Notes under the pieces: model-generated | The model's database searches: none | Seen by the model: only the letters and a program-made list of their open reading frames with translations | What the model was told of the DNA's origin: nothing | Program-made: the position numbers and the translations under genes | Shown here: one piece after another, positions 12,708-25,615 of the stretch | How positions within the stretch are numbered: the stretch's first letter is position 1 | Layout: each line of letters starts with the position of its first letter | Source: Octopus vulgaris | Lineage: Eukaryota | Direction of reading: 5' to 3' | DNA length: 64,000 bases | NCBI GenBank assembly: GCA_951406725.2 | Contig: OX597819.1 | Span: forward strand, 105,648,001 to 105,712,000

Positions 12708-13180
12708 GACATATGTATGTAACGTTTCATTTTTATTTAAGTTTTATCTGTACGTTGTTTTATTTCAATGCACTGTATATTTCAGAAGCAAAATCTGAAA
12801 GTCTCCAAGGCTCCCCATAGATCTGACATCGCTTAGCTTTTATTAAATAAACGTTAATATTGCTTGGCATCTATAAAACAAGTAATATTTCTGCTACTTC
12901 TTTGTTGATTATCCCCTCAAGATGATTCAATCCAATCTTAAATATAAATCTGTTGGCCATTAGAGAGAGATGTCTGTCGGGAGTTACGAAATTAATTCTG
13001 TGCGTAGACGTTTGGTGTAAGACGATAAGGACAGTTTGAAAGGTTAAGCGATGTTAGCGCTAGAATTCTGTATATACATTCTCTAGTGTTATTTTGCCCT
13101 ATAAAGATCTTTGCTAAATCAATTACTCCAAGAATTTGTTTACAATTATTTTATATACGTACGAGCACATATATGCGCAC

Positions 13181-13220
<40 letters not shown>

Positions 13221-13223
<3 letters not shown>

Positions 13224-13578
13224 GGTCCCGGGTTGATTCGGGGTTAACCACAGTAAATAAGGTACTCAATACATAGCAGAGTAAAATTAATTTATTATAT
13301 AGAAGGAGCTTCTACAGGACTAGAACTGTTTCATTCAAGAGAAATCTTCAGGAAGCTAGTTAACAAGAATTGTATTGGCATTTATACATTTAGGCAGGTT
13401 TAAAGGGGTGGTGGTGGGGGACTTTTTGGGGGTAGGCATAGCGCAAAAAAATCATACTTGGGGGAGTGGTCAAGGAGTCAGTGGTAAATTAGATAGAAGA
13501 ATAAATAAAAGAATAAAAAAAGGGGAGAATAAAAAAATATATAGAAGAATAGAGTTTTAGGTAAATAAGGAAAATCTC
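13221..13578 (-). mobile_element. Solo PLE-type terminal fragment in (TA)n/(CA)n
   Basis: Unique-complexity island between microsatellites that carries a near-canonical hammerhead. Confidence 0.6.
13307..13357 (-). ncRNA. Type I hammerhead ribozyme, near canonical
   Basis: Minus strand: agcttc-CTGAAGA-tttc tctt gaat-GAAACAG ttctagtc CTGTA-gaagct. It has a 6-bp stem I, a 4-bp stem III, a GUA triplet and a U.U pair at the base of stem II. Confidence 0.85.
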
Positions 13579-13662
13579 ACTTATACCTATACACATGTGT
13601 ATACATATATACACACACACACACACACACATATACATGCACACATACATACACACACACCC

Positions 13663-13696
<34 letters not shown>

Positions 13697-13949
13697 ACAT
13701 ACATACATATATCTACATATATATATATATACATATATATACATATATATACATACACACATACATGCATGTACATATACACACACACATGTATATATAC
13801 ACACACACGACCACACATACATATACACACAAAAAAATATATACATACACACACATACACATACACACATACACACACATATATCCACATACACACATGC
13901 ACACACAACACACAAGTCCCTATATACTCATATATACATATACACATAC

Positions 13950-14012
<63 letters not shown>

Positions 14013-14439
14013 CATATGTGTACCTATTCATACCTACACATACACACATATATATGCATACAAATACAAACCCATTCCCTAATTTTAATTTTATTATCTT
14101 CATTTATTACTTTTGTTATCTTTGACCGCTGGTCACAAGCATCTTGGCTAGTCCCTTTTATCTTTCTACTAGAGCACAAGCACTCACTCACGCACGCACA
14201 CTCATTAGCACGCACACTCACTAATTCGTACACTCATACACATACACGCACGCACGCGTTATATTCATACATACATACATCTACATACATATACGTATAT
14301 ACACATACGTACGCGTACCTACAGATTCATGTCTACAATCTTAGAAGACTAGTCTATACATATACACCAATAAATATATATACACACATACATATACACC
14401 TACATACAAATACATACATATATATATACACACACATAT

Positions 14440-14490
<51 letters not shown>

Positions 14491-14527
14491 CATACATATC
14501 CGCATACATACATACATACATACACCC

Positions 14528-14603
<76 letters not shown>

Positions 14604-14678
14604 ACAAGCCCATATACACAAACACACAAACACATATATAAATATATATGTATCTCTGCATATATGTATATATGTATG

Positions 14679-14738
<60 letters not shown>

Positions 14739-14855
14739 CATGTATATACATGTATGTATGCATGTGTGTGTGTTTGTATGCTTGTTATATGAAGAAAGTT
14801 TATGTGCAAAACTAAAACAAAAGGAGAATCAGCAGTCACTAGTAAAGCATATAAC

Positions 14856-15056
14856 TGGAACTGTAATATTTGCCAACGTATCTTTTCCGGCAGATCAGTC
14901 AATGCAAACCGCCTGAACGCTCATGAGAATCAAAAGGCATAACTAGATCTAGATCATGTGGCAACACTGCCGGCGCCACCTGACTTTATTACATGTTCTG
15001 TCTGTTTCAAAACATGCAAGACCAATCCTGGTCTAAAATGTCATCTCAAGGTTCAT
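14856..15056 (+). pseudogene. Two C2H2-like fingers, probably the 3' ORF end of an RTE-type LINE
   Basis: [23 protein letters not shown] and CSVCFKTCKTNPGLKCHLKVH are in one frame with an intervening stop and no TGEKP linker. Confidence 0.5.
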
Positions 15057-15620
15057 CAACAACGGCCACAAACTAGTGAAATTAATCCTGTGCTGATACA
15101 GCATCACATATGTCTCACTCCCTCTTTCTCCTTTACTCTCTCTCTCGTTGCTCACACGTGACCAGCGTCCATCATTCTTTTCCTCTTGTGATCATCTTTC
15201 TTTTCTTTCATGGCTATCTTAAGGACTGGACGTATCCTATATCTCTCTCTTCTATCTTTTCTCTTGTCAAAGAAAATATTTCTCCAGTGTTCGCTATTTT
15301 ACCCTCATTCTGGTCTAACGATCCTCCATGATTGTTTTCGTTCGGTTTCTTTGTATGTCTCCACTATCCTGATTTTGTTCGCAACTTCGACGCTCCATAA
15401 ATCCCAAAATTTATTTTGGTACTTATGGGAGCAACTGTCTTCGAAGATCCATATTGTCGTTCAATGTTCGAAATGAAGAGTAGATAGACAGCCGACAACT
15501 GATGAATAGTCGTTCTTTATGTAACTTGTCCTGTTTTCTATTTGTTTCTCCCGTTTGTGTATTGAACTCATTTGTTTTTGTATTTCATGTTGTTTACTTT
15601 TTAGTGACGTCCTGTACCTA

Positions 15621-15682
<62 letters not shown>

Positions 15683-15694
15683 CATGCATAATTA

Positions 15695-16204
15695 CAGAGA
15701 GATTGAAAAGTAACACCCTATTTTAAAATACATATAAATTATTTATTAATTGTAATTTTTACAAAAAAAAAATGCATAAGAGAAGAAGGCTTTTAGCATG
15801 AGGTTTTCAAATTCGATATGGACTTTTGATGTGGCCACTATCTTTTTGAGTTACCAAGGAATTATGTCAACCGATTTCGCCAGAAACTCTCGTGGGATGG
15901 TAGAAGACAACTTTTGGCATTCGCCTTTCAAGTTCCTCCAAAGTATTTGACTTGGTACAGTAGACTTGTTCCTTTAACCAATCCAAAGAAAAATGTCACC
16001 GGATGTAAAGTCGGGAGTCCTGGCTTTCCACTCATGCGGACCACAAAGATTCATCCATATCCCGGGGCGGTGGACATTCAGCCATTCACGAACAAATGCA
16101 ATACGATTACAGATTAAATTCTCATACTTCAAAAACAAATGCAAAAAATTTGAGAAAAAATTACAATTATAATTATTTTAAAATAGGCAGTTACTTTTCA
16201 ACCA

Positions 16205-16209
<5 letters not shown>
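15695..16209 (-). mobile_element. Internally deleted Tc1/mariner-superfamily element with TIRs
   Basis: ~33-bp TIRs (cagagagattgaaaagtaacaccctattttaaaata / tattttaaaataggcagttacttttcaaccacc) with TA flanks. Minus-strand WKARTPDFTSGDIFLW..LKEQVYCTKSNTLEELE matches WPARSPDLTPCDFFLWG.LK..VY. Confidence 0.8.
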
Positions 16210-16244
<35 letters not shown>

Positions 16245-16298
16245 GAGTGGGATTATATATGAAAAAAGGTTTGAAAATGCAATTTAAACGATGTTTAT

Positions 16299-16343
16299 TT
16301 ACTTAACCGGTTTCACTCTTTGGTAAAAGATTGTCAAAAGTAA
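16299..16343 (-). ncRNA. Minimal type I hammerhead, U3-A8 variant (copy 1)
   Basis: Reverse complement of 18957-19001. Confidence 0.7.
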
Positions 16344-16904
16344 CATTGAATATTATGGGTTCAAAAAAAGTTTTTTACATAATTGTCACATTGAATATTA
16401 TGAATTCAAAATGTTTTTTTATACATAATTGTCACATTACATGTATAAATATAGTATAAAAAAGTTCAATAGTGTGATGAGAATATTTGGAAAAATTGGC
16501 AGAAAAGAATAAAACAAATATATTATTGGAAATTTGGTTGCGTTAATTATTGGTTGTCGCAAATTGTCACATTACATGTATATATATACAGTCTTTGGTA
16601 GAAATGACATGTTAAAGACATAAGGAAGTGTAATAGTTTGGTGAGAAAGCTTGTAATATTGACAGAGAAAATTAAGATGGATATTTTAGACATCTCAGAA
16701 TATTTTGAATCGAAGGCGAGAATTTGTTTTTTACTGACCTGTTTGTTTTAGCAGAAAAGTTGAATTGAGAGAAAAAAAGATATGTACCCAATTTGGTTTA
16801 TACTTCCCCTTCAAGCATCAGTGATTTTGGGGTTATTGGGAGGTGAGTATGCGGGTGTGAATAGATGTGTCCGTGTGCCTGCTGGTCAGACAGCGTCTGT
16901 TTGT

Positions 16905-17106
16905 CACACACATATATACACACACACACACAACAACAATACACACACACACATAGTATACACACACACACCACATACACACAACACACACACACACAGA
17001 ACACACACACACACAACGCATCCACATATATAATATATACACACAGCACACAAATATAACATGTATTTATATATAATATACACACATATATAACACATAC
17101 ACACAC

Positions 17107-17143
<37 letters not shown>

Positions 17144-18240
17144 CACACGCACACATATATACATAATATAAATATCACACAAATACACCTAGCATATATA
17201 TACACATACAATACACATACACAGCATGTATATAATACACATACACAATATATGCATGCAATATACATACGCAATACATACATATAATATATATATATAT
17301 AGACAATGCATATACATATATACATATATACATATAAATAGTGTTTACATACACATACATAGATATACCACATATACACACAATATACATACAATGCATA
17401 CACATACACGTACGCATACATATAAAATATATAGACACACACACACATAACATACATACACAATGCATACATATATATACACGCAACGTATATACATGTA
17501 TTCATGTATATATAGCACACTTACAATATACATATATACAATGCACACATACACACATATATACACTTAATTGTACACATACATATACAATACACATACA
17601 TACAATATACATATACACAATGCGCATGCAAATAATGCACATGTTTATACACCCATATACATGAAAATATATATACACACACACACATACACACACACAC
17701 ATATATATATATACACATATATATATATATATACACATATACATACATACATACATGCACATACATATATTTTTTCACACACATACACACACATATATAT
17801 ATAAAATTCACACACACACCCACACACACAAAATACAAACCTATAGTGTACACACTCAAATATATCTCTACATACCGCACACACACACAAACAATGTACT
17901 CACATATACACACATACCATGCATATACACACACAGCACACACACATATATATATATATAAATATATAAACAAATACACATTTAAATACATACACTCGTA
18001 CACAATGCTCACACACACACACATACACACACACACGCACACAGTGCACACACACACACATATATACACACGTGCACACACACACACACAACGCGCGCAC
18101 ACACACACACATACACACACGCACACAGTGCACACACACACACACATATAAACACACGCGCACACACACACACACAACGTGCACACTCACACACACACAC
18201 ACAACACTCACACACATACATAACCTACATATATATAATG
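16905..18240. repeat. 1.3-kb degenerate (CA)/(TA) microsatellite field
   Basis: Almost entirely CA/TA dinucleotide variants. It is the source of many spurious ORFs. Confidence 0.95.
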
Positions 18241-18956
18241 CATGCGTGTGCGTGCCACGTATGTGTGCGGTCAATGCCCGCTAGTGTGTCCTATGCGTGC
18301 CGATGCGCGCATGTGCCCACCCGCACGATATGCTGTGAGTGTGCGCGTGCCCCTGTGTGCCTGCTCTGGATGTGTGCCCAGGGGGTATGTTAGAGTATGT
18401 TTAGTTGTGGTCTGTATTTTTGAATAAGATTACTTTCCTTATTTATTCGTGTTTGGTCTGTGGTGTTGTCCGAGCATTGGTATAGTGGGAAGACTAAGAA
18501 TTTGGGGGACTTATTGTGTGCACAAAGGTCTAAGTGTCCACTTAGTGGTATCTGTCTTGTGGAGGGGTCCCTCAGTTGTTGTCGGTGAACTGACAGTTCA
18601 CCGACAAGAATGACAGAATGACAAGAATGACAGTTCACCGACAACAACTGAGGGACCCCTCCACAAGACACTTCCTTATGTCTTTAACATGTCATTTCTA
18701 CCAAAGACTGTATATATATACATGTAATGTGACAATTTGCGACAACCAATAATTAACGCAACCAAATTTCCAATAATATATTTGTTTTATTCTTTTCTGC
18801 CAATTTTTCCAAATATTCTCATCACACTATTGAACTTTTTTATACTATATTTATACATGTAATGTGACAATTATGTATAAAAAAACATTTTTGAATTCAT
18901 AATATTCAATGTGACAATTATGTAAAAAACTTTTTTTGAACCCATAATATTCAATG

Positions 18957-19001
18957 TTACTTTTGACAATCTTTTACCAAAGAGTGAAACCGGTTAAGTA
19001 A
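18957..19001 (+). ncRNA. Minimal type I hammerhead, U3-A8 variant (copy 2)
   Basis: ttactt-TTGACAA-tctttt acca aagagt-GAAACCGGTT-aagtaa. It has a 6-bp stem I, a 5-bp stem II plus U.U, a palindromic stem III (AACCGGTT) and a GUU triplet. Confidence 0.7.
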
Positions 19002-19035
19002 ATAAACATCGTTTAAATTGCATTTTCAAACCTTT

Positions 19036-19070
<35 letters not shown>

Positions 19071-19179
19071 TAAATAAATGGAGTTGAACGAAGATGTTAT
19101 TAAAATTCTTTTACTTTCGACATATGTTTCGAAGACAACATTGGTTAACGGTAAACAAAGGATAATTCATTCATCCATT

Positions 19180-19228
<49 letters not shown>

Positions 19229-19420
19229 TACAAAATTAGAGAATGGAGAAACATACTTAAATCAGTAAAGCATCAACTATCCGATGATACTCAATCCATA
19301 CTTTAATACACCATTACATATGAGTAAAGGCAATATATAAAATGAAATGAGATATACAGTAATAGTAAAAGTAAAAAGATAAAGAGATATAAGTAAAAAA
19401 TTCCAAATATAATATGCAAA

Positions 19421-19548
19421 TAAATCAAAACTGACAGCTGTTTCGGCAGTGAGGGACAGTCATACCTCATTTAACCTATAAGCCATAAAGGCAGGTATAA
19501 ATGAGGCATTAACAAGGATGCCCCACGGCCTCTTCAGAGAATTAAATT
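19421..19548 (-). ncRNA. Type I hammerhead with long stem II (inverted copy)
   Basis: gacagctgtttc at 19433-19444 and ctcttcag at 19530-19537 are the reverse complement of the 25015-25118 motif. Confidence 0.8.
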
Positions 19549-19877
19549 AAATTTGTTATAATAGTGAAAAATATTATATAATCATATACATATAAATATA
19601 AAAATATAAAAATGTAAAATATAAAAACTTATATATCATAATGCTACACTTATATAATATAATACACATTTGTACAAAAAGGAAGGTAAACAGAACAATA
19701 TAAAACAAAATATATAACAGTGTATATATTAATATTAATAAGTACCGATATTATACATATTTGGCTAATAGTTTTTTTTATAAAAAAAGGCTAACACATA
19801 TGGAGATGAAAAATAATAATTAAATCCGTGGTACAGTTCATAAAATTCTAAAGCTATAAAAGTTAATAAAAATTACT

Positions 19878-19921
<44 letters not shown>

Positions 19922-21670
19922 TAATAATAATAAAAAAAATACTAAAAATAGATACAGTTAAGTTAGCACCAAGTCCATCCTTTCAAGATCGAAATAACTA
20001 TGAATTAAGAAATGCTGACCACTAGGTAAAGAAAATTTAGATTAATTCGATTGGCTATTGGTTTGAAATTTAAATCACAAAAGAAAATTATACGGTTGGT
20101 TAGTCAAGGAACGCCAATATTCACACACGCATCTACAGATCAATCGCACATACACACATAGTTATATGTATATACATACACTTATACACATACAAAATTA
20201 CAAGCAACAACTAGCACTTAGATAAACAAAAAAGGGAAGCAACTATGCTAATATTTAGTCCTTCAAAATTATAACTGAGCCTTAATAACAAAAAAGAACC
20301 ATCCATGCATTCTATAAAATATTTAATTTAGATATAAATATATTTTTAAATATCAGTATGTTACTAATTTAGATAATTATTTCATGGGTAACTTAAAATT
20401 TATAACACCGGTTTGTTACAGAGTAAACATACGGTTGTTAGGTTTATCGTAAGTTTGTTATGATTTTAAGTACGCTAAATTATAAAATATAAAATATAAA
20501 ATATATATTAATTTAAATATTATAAATATGTCACTTATTAACTTAATAAATATAGTGCCATAATATACCAGTTTAGGCATTAAAGAATAGAAGGGGAAGT
20601 ATTAATGTAAACGCTTATGAGAACATCACAGAAATTTTAAATAAATTTTATATTATAAAGACTTAAGATGAAAAGAGATAAAATAAATAAAAAGGAATAA
20701 ATACGAAGGAATAAATACGGTTATACACATAATTATAAGTACAAACTAGTATATATGTATTCATATATTATTAAAATTAAATACAAATAAAGGATAGATA
20801 TGTATGTATAAAACTACACCAGTATAAGTAAATAAGTAAAAAATAAATAGGTAACAAATTAGATGACTTGATATGTATGTAAACATCTACACTTAAATAG
20901 GCAAATAAATAAATGAATAGAAGACTAGATGCAAAGATTGATAATATTACAATAAAATGGGAAATAAATAAAAATAAATAAAGTGAATATATATATTTTA
21001 TATATATTTTATATTGTTGAAAGTAAATATGTATGGAAGGATAGTTTAAAGTACAGATCCAGAGGACTATAGATATAAACTAAATATATGAGGCTGGTAA
21101 TAATTATAAAGCAAAATGCATGTAAATGAGAAAATGAAAAAAAGAAAATGAAAAAGGTTTATCAGTGAATAGCATAAGATACAAATTAAGGTGAGTACAA
21201 AAAGACCAAATATATAATAAAAACCTTCCAAATAAACACATACAAAAAACCTATAATCTCAACCTAAACCCACCAAACTCACAAAAGGCTCTCATATATT
21301 ACATATTATACAATATCATTACATTATCTAGAGCTAGGTATCTAACCAAAATATACATATATACTATGCAATATACTATGCAATATTGGAAAACTTCAAA
21401 AATCACACATTACAAGGCAAATACCAAAATGAATATGCTATTTTATGTCATATTGCATTTCTCTTAAAAAAAACAAACAAAAACCCACATACAAAAATCA
21501 AGAAACCAATAATACTAGACACATCCATTAATTATTATACAAATGTAGCTATAAAAATTATAAAATTATGAAATTTATAAATTGTATACTTTAGAATTAT
21601 AGAGGACCACAGGTATATTTAGTTAAAGAAGGGAATTAAAAAAAAAAAAAAAAAAATAATACTGGAAGTG

Positions 21671-23320
21671 CTAAGTTCTATTTGAATCTAGAAAAGGTGA
21701 ACGGTAGCCTATGAATACAAAAGAAGTTTTTCTCATTAATGTTGTTAATAATTTGCCGACCCGCTTTAATAATGAAGAAAATTTCATTAATACATAGAGA
21801 GCATTTTTTATTTTTCCATTATACACAGGTGCTGAAGTTAGTATTTTCCAGTTTAATCTAAAATCTAAGTTCTTACTTTTAAGTTCCCAAATGTATGCAC
21901 TTAGCCCTGTAGAGTACATTCTATTTTTATTCCTAAAAGTATATCTGTGATAATTCCATCTTTGTTTTATGCTATTCATAGTTGCACCGATATACACCCT
22001 ACTACTCAATTGTGTATCTACAGTGCATTGGTAAACTACCTCCTTCCTGAGGCATTGATTACCAAATACACATTTATTTTTATTTCTGCAATTACAAAGA
22101 TTAACAGAATGAGGAAATCTAAGATTGGACACCACCCCTATACTACTATTCACATTATAAGTGTTACAATTGTTATCATCATCCAAACCCAAAATCAACG
22201 AATGAGTTAATTTCACATTATCGGCTATATTTCCATCACTAGTACTAGTATTGGTAGTAGTAGTATGATCTATTACATTTATATTATCTCTGACAGGTAT
22301 GGTGCACTCATTATTAGTACGGAGGTTGTTCCCATTTGTTCCAAGAAAATTTCTATTCCTATTATTAATGAAGAGGGGCAAGTTATCCTGGTCTAAATTC
22401 AATTTTCTATCCTTATAGAAGTGATCCAGTTTCTTGTTATTAAAAGAGGAGATAATGGTGGCTAGATTATGAGTAATGCTATATCCCACTCTAACAGTAC
22501 CGTTGTTAATTAAAGGACTAAATTTATTCCTATCCTTACCAAAATGCCTAAAAATAACATTATGCAAAGCTCTCACTATGTTTGTTTTAATCTGCATTGC
22601 ATACGGGATAATCAACCAAAGAGTATCCTTATCAGAATTAGGATTGCCTATAGAATTAATGTTATTTGTGAAAATCCTATTCGTAGACCAACTCATAGGA
22701 TTACTATTCATACCACTGTTATTATTATATCTATCTATATCAATATTACCATGGTTATTGCGCAAGTAAACTTTACCATTATCATGTCTACCATAAGTTT
22801 TAATTCGTATATTATTATTAATATTACTACTATTACCCGTATGCTTAGATCTATTTGAGCTACCGTTCACCTTTCCAAGGTTAACGTCACTTCTACATTT
22901 ATTATAGGTGTTATCATATATTCTATTTTTACTATTCTTATGTATATTGTTGATTATCCTAAATCTATTTGTGTTGTTCCTGATAGTTCTACCTCCATTA
23001 GGGGGTTCCCCTTAGGTATAAACCAAATCTTACTTTTATATCCTGCCTTAAGTAATGCTGCATTGTATCTATCACAGTGTTTGTTAAAAATTTCTCCGTT
23101 TGAGGATAAACTAGAAATTCTCTGACTAATGCTACGCACTAGTGCATTTTTAATTTGGGGGGGTGATTACTAGAATGGTTAATGTATATTAGGTTAGAAT
23201 TAGGTTTAATATAGGGTTCATGTAAACCATTAGTAATGTTACAATTAACATCTAAATAATTAGCAGAATAATTTTCACTTTCAATGATAATGGATAGGCC
23301 GAAGCTTTTAAAAAATTTAT
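21671..23320 (-). pseudogene. C-terminal part of the PLE ORF (RT thumb, linker, GIY-YIG), inverted copy
   Basis: The 399-aa ORF contains CNCRNKNKCVFGNQCL, EVVY..VYIGAT and KQRWNYH. It is frameshifted near the end at an A-run. Confidence 0.9.
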
Positions 23321-24630
23321 GTGTTTATTTGGAAGGTTTTTATTATATATTTGGTCTTTTTGTACTCACCTTAATTTGTATCTTATGCTATTCACTGATA
23401 AACCTTTTTCATTTTTCTTTTTTTCATTTTCTCATTTACATGCATTTTGCTTTATAATTATTACCAGCCTCATATATTTAGTTTATATCTATAGTCCTCT
23501 GGATCTGTACTTTAAACTATCCTTCCATACATATTTACTTTCAACAATATAAAATATATATAAAATATATATATTCACTTTATTTATTTTTATTTATTTC
23601 CATTTTATTGTAATATTATCAATCTTTGCATCTAGTCTTCTATTTATTTATTTATTTGCCTATTTAAGTGTAGATGTTTACATACATATCAAGTCATCTA
23701 ATTTGTTACCTATTTATTTTTTACTTATTTACTTATACTGGTGTAGTTTTATACATACATATCTATCATTTATTTTTATTTAATTTTAATAATATATGAA
23801 TACATATATACTAGTTTGTACTTATAATTATGTGTATAACCGTATTTATTCCTTCGTATTTATTCCTTTTATTTATTTTATCTCTTTTCATCTTAAGTCT
23901 TTATAATATAAAATTTATTTAAAATTTCTGTGATGTTCTCATAAGCGTTTACATTAATACTTCCCCTTCTATTCTTTAATGCCTAAACTGGTATATTATG
24001 GCACTATATTTATTAAGTTAATAAGTGACTTATTTATAATATTTAAATTAATATATATTTTATATTTTATAATTTAGCGTACTTAAAATCATAACAAACT
24101 TACGATAAACCTAACAACCGTATGTTTACTCTGTAACAAACCGGTGTTATAAATTTTAAGTTACCCATGAAATAATTATCTAAATTAGTAACATACTGAT
24201 ATTTAAAAATATATTTATATCTAAATTAAATATTTTATAGAATGCATGGATGGTTCTTTTTTTGTTATTAAGGCTCAGTTATAATTTTGAAGGACTAAAT
24301 ATTAGCATAGTTGCTTCCCTTTTTTGTTTATCTAAGTGCTAGTTGTTGCTTGTAATTTTGTATGTGTATAAGTGTATGTATATACATATAACTATGTGTG
24401 TATGTGCGATTGATCTGTAGATGCGTGTGTGAATATTGGCGTTCCTTGACTAACCAACCGTATAATTTTCTTTTGTGATTTAAATTTCAAACCAATAGCC
24501 AATCGAATTAATCTAAATTTTCTTTACCTAGTGGTCAGCATTTCTTAACTCATAGTTATTTCGATCTTGAAAGGATGGACTTGGTGCTAACTTAACTGTA
24601 TCTATTTTTAGTATTTTTTTATTATTATTA

Positions 24631-24674
<44 letters not shown>

Positions 24675-25496
24675 AGTAATTTTTATTAACTTTTATAGCT
24701 TTAGAATTTTATGAACTGTACCACGGATTTAATTATTATTTTTCATCTCCATATGTGTTAGCCTTTTTTTATAAAAAAAACTATTAGCCAAATATGTATA
24801 ATATCGGTACTTATTAATATTAATATATACACTGTTATATATTTTGTTTTATATTGTTCTGTTTACCTTCCTTTTTGTACAAATGTGTATTATATTATAT
24901 AAGTGTAGCATTATGATATATAAGTTTTTATATTTTACATTTTTATATTTTTATATTTATATGTATATGATTATATAATATTTTTCACTATTATAACAAA
25001 TTTAATTTAATTCTCTGAAGAGGCCGTGGGGCATCCTTGTTAATGCCTCATTTATACCTGCCTTTATGGCTTATAGGTTAAATGAGGTATGACTGTCCTC
25101 ACTGCCGAAACAGCTGTCAGTTTTGATTTATTTGCATATTATATTTGAAATTTTTTACTTATATCTCTTTATCTTTTTACTTTTACTATTACTGTATATC
25201 TCATTTCATTTTATATATTGCCTTTACTCATATGTAATGGTGTATTAAAGTATGGATTGAGTATCATCGGATAGTTGATGCTTTACTGATTTAAGTATGT
25301 TTCTCCATTCTCTAATTTTGTAGTATTAATTTACGGTAATATTATTACCTTTACCCATTTAATACAATAGATGAACTGATTGCTTGACAATTTTTAACAT
25401 CTATGTATTATTTTTGTTGGGTACCTATCTAGCAGTATATTGGATATATATTATCCCATGGTGGGTTGAATTTTCAACCCCTATCTCATTTTATAA
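23318..25496 (+). repeat. Upstream pseudo-LTR (direct repeat of the element 3' end)
   Basis: Near-identical to 28905-31094. The same spurious 77-aa ORF appears at 23319 and 28906. Confidence 0.95.
25004..25130 (+). ncRNA. Type I hammerhead with ~85-nt stem II (5' pLTR)
   Basis: CTGAAGA at 25015-25021. Stem II runs GGC(25022)...GCC(25106), followed by GAAACAGCTGTC at 25107-25118 (palindromic ACAGCTGT, GUC triplet). Stem I is weak and AU-rich. Confidence 0.8.
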
Positions 25497-25615
25497 CCTA
25501 AATTTATCTTTTGAGGAACCTGAATTGCTCATACTGGTGTAATATAAGCATCCATTTATTGATTTAAATATTAATAGTGCATGTGAATACACCCTAGTGT
25601 AGTATATTTGTTCCT

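Larger units (their letters stand above)
16254..19046. mobile_element. Second PLE family in inverted (head-to-head) configuration
   Basis: ~378-bp near-identical inverted arms at 16254-16631 and 18668-19046, each with an HHR. A + strand remnant LCAQRSKCPLSGICLVEG at ~18514-18567 matches the PLE pre-GIY-YIG CxC..CPLxGxCL motif. Confidence 0.75.
19225..23320 (-). mobile_element. Inverted 5'-truncated copy of the PLE
   Basis: Reverse complement of 26835-30924. ORFs 21671-22870 and 22954-23139 duplicate the + strand peptides. 3-bp TAT microhomology at the 23318-23320 junction. Confidence 0.95.

Noticed and set aside
15460-15620. CTGATGA at ~15499 near cgaaat
   Set aside because: No consistent three-way junction in any HHR topology.
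25384-25540. Small hydrophobic upstream ORF or intron in the pLTR
   Set aside because: It has a TTG start only, and the hydrophobicity is explained by T-richness. The candidate GT-AG pair at ~25295-25323 is too short.
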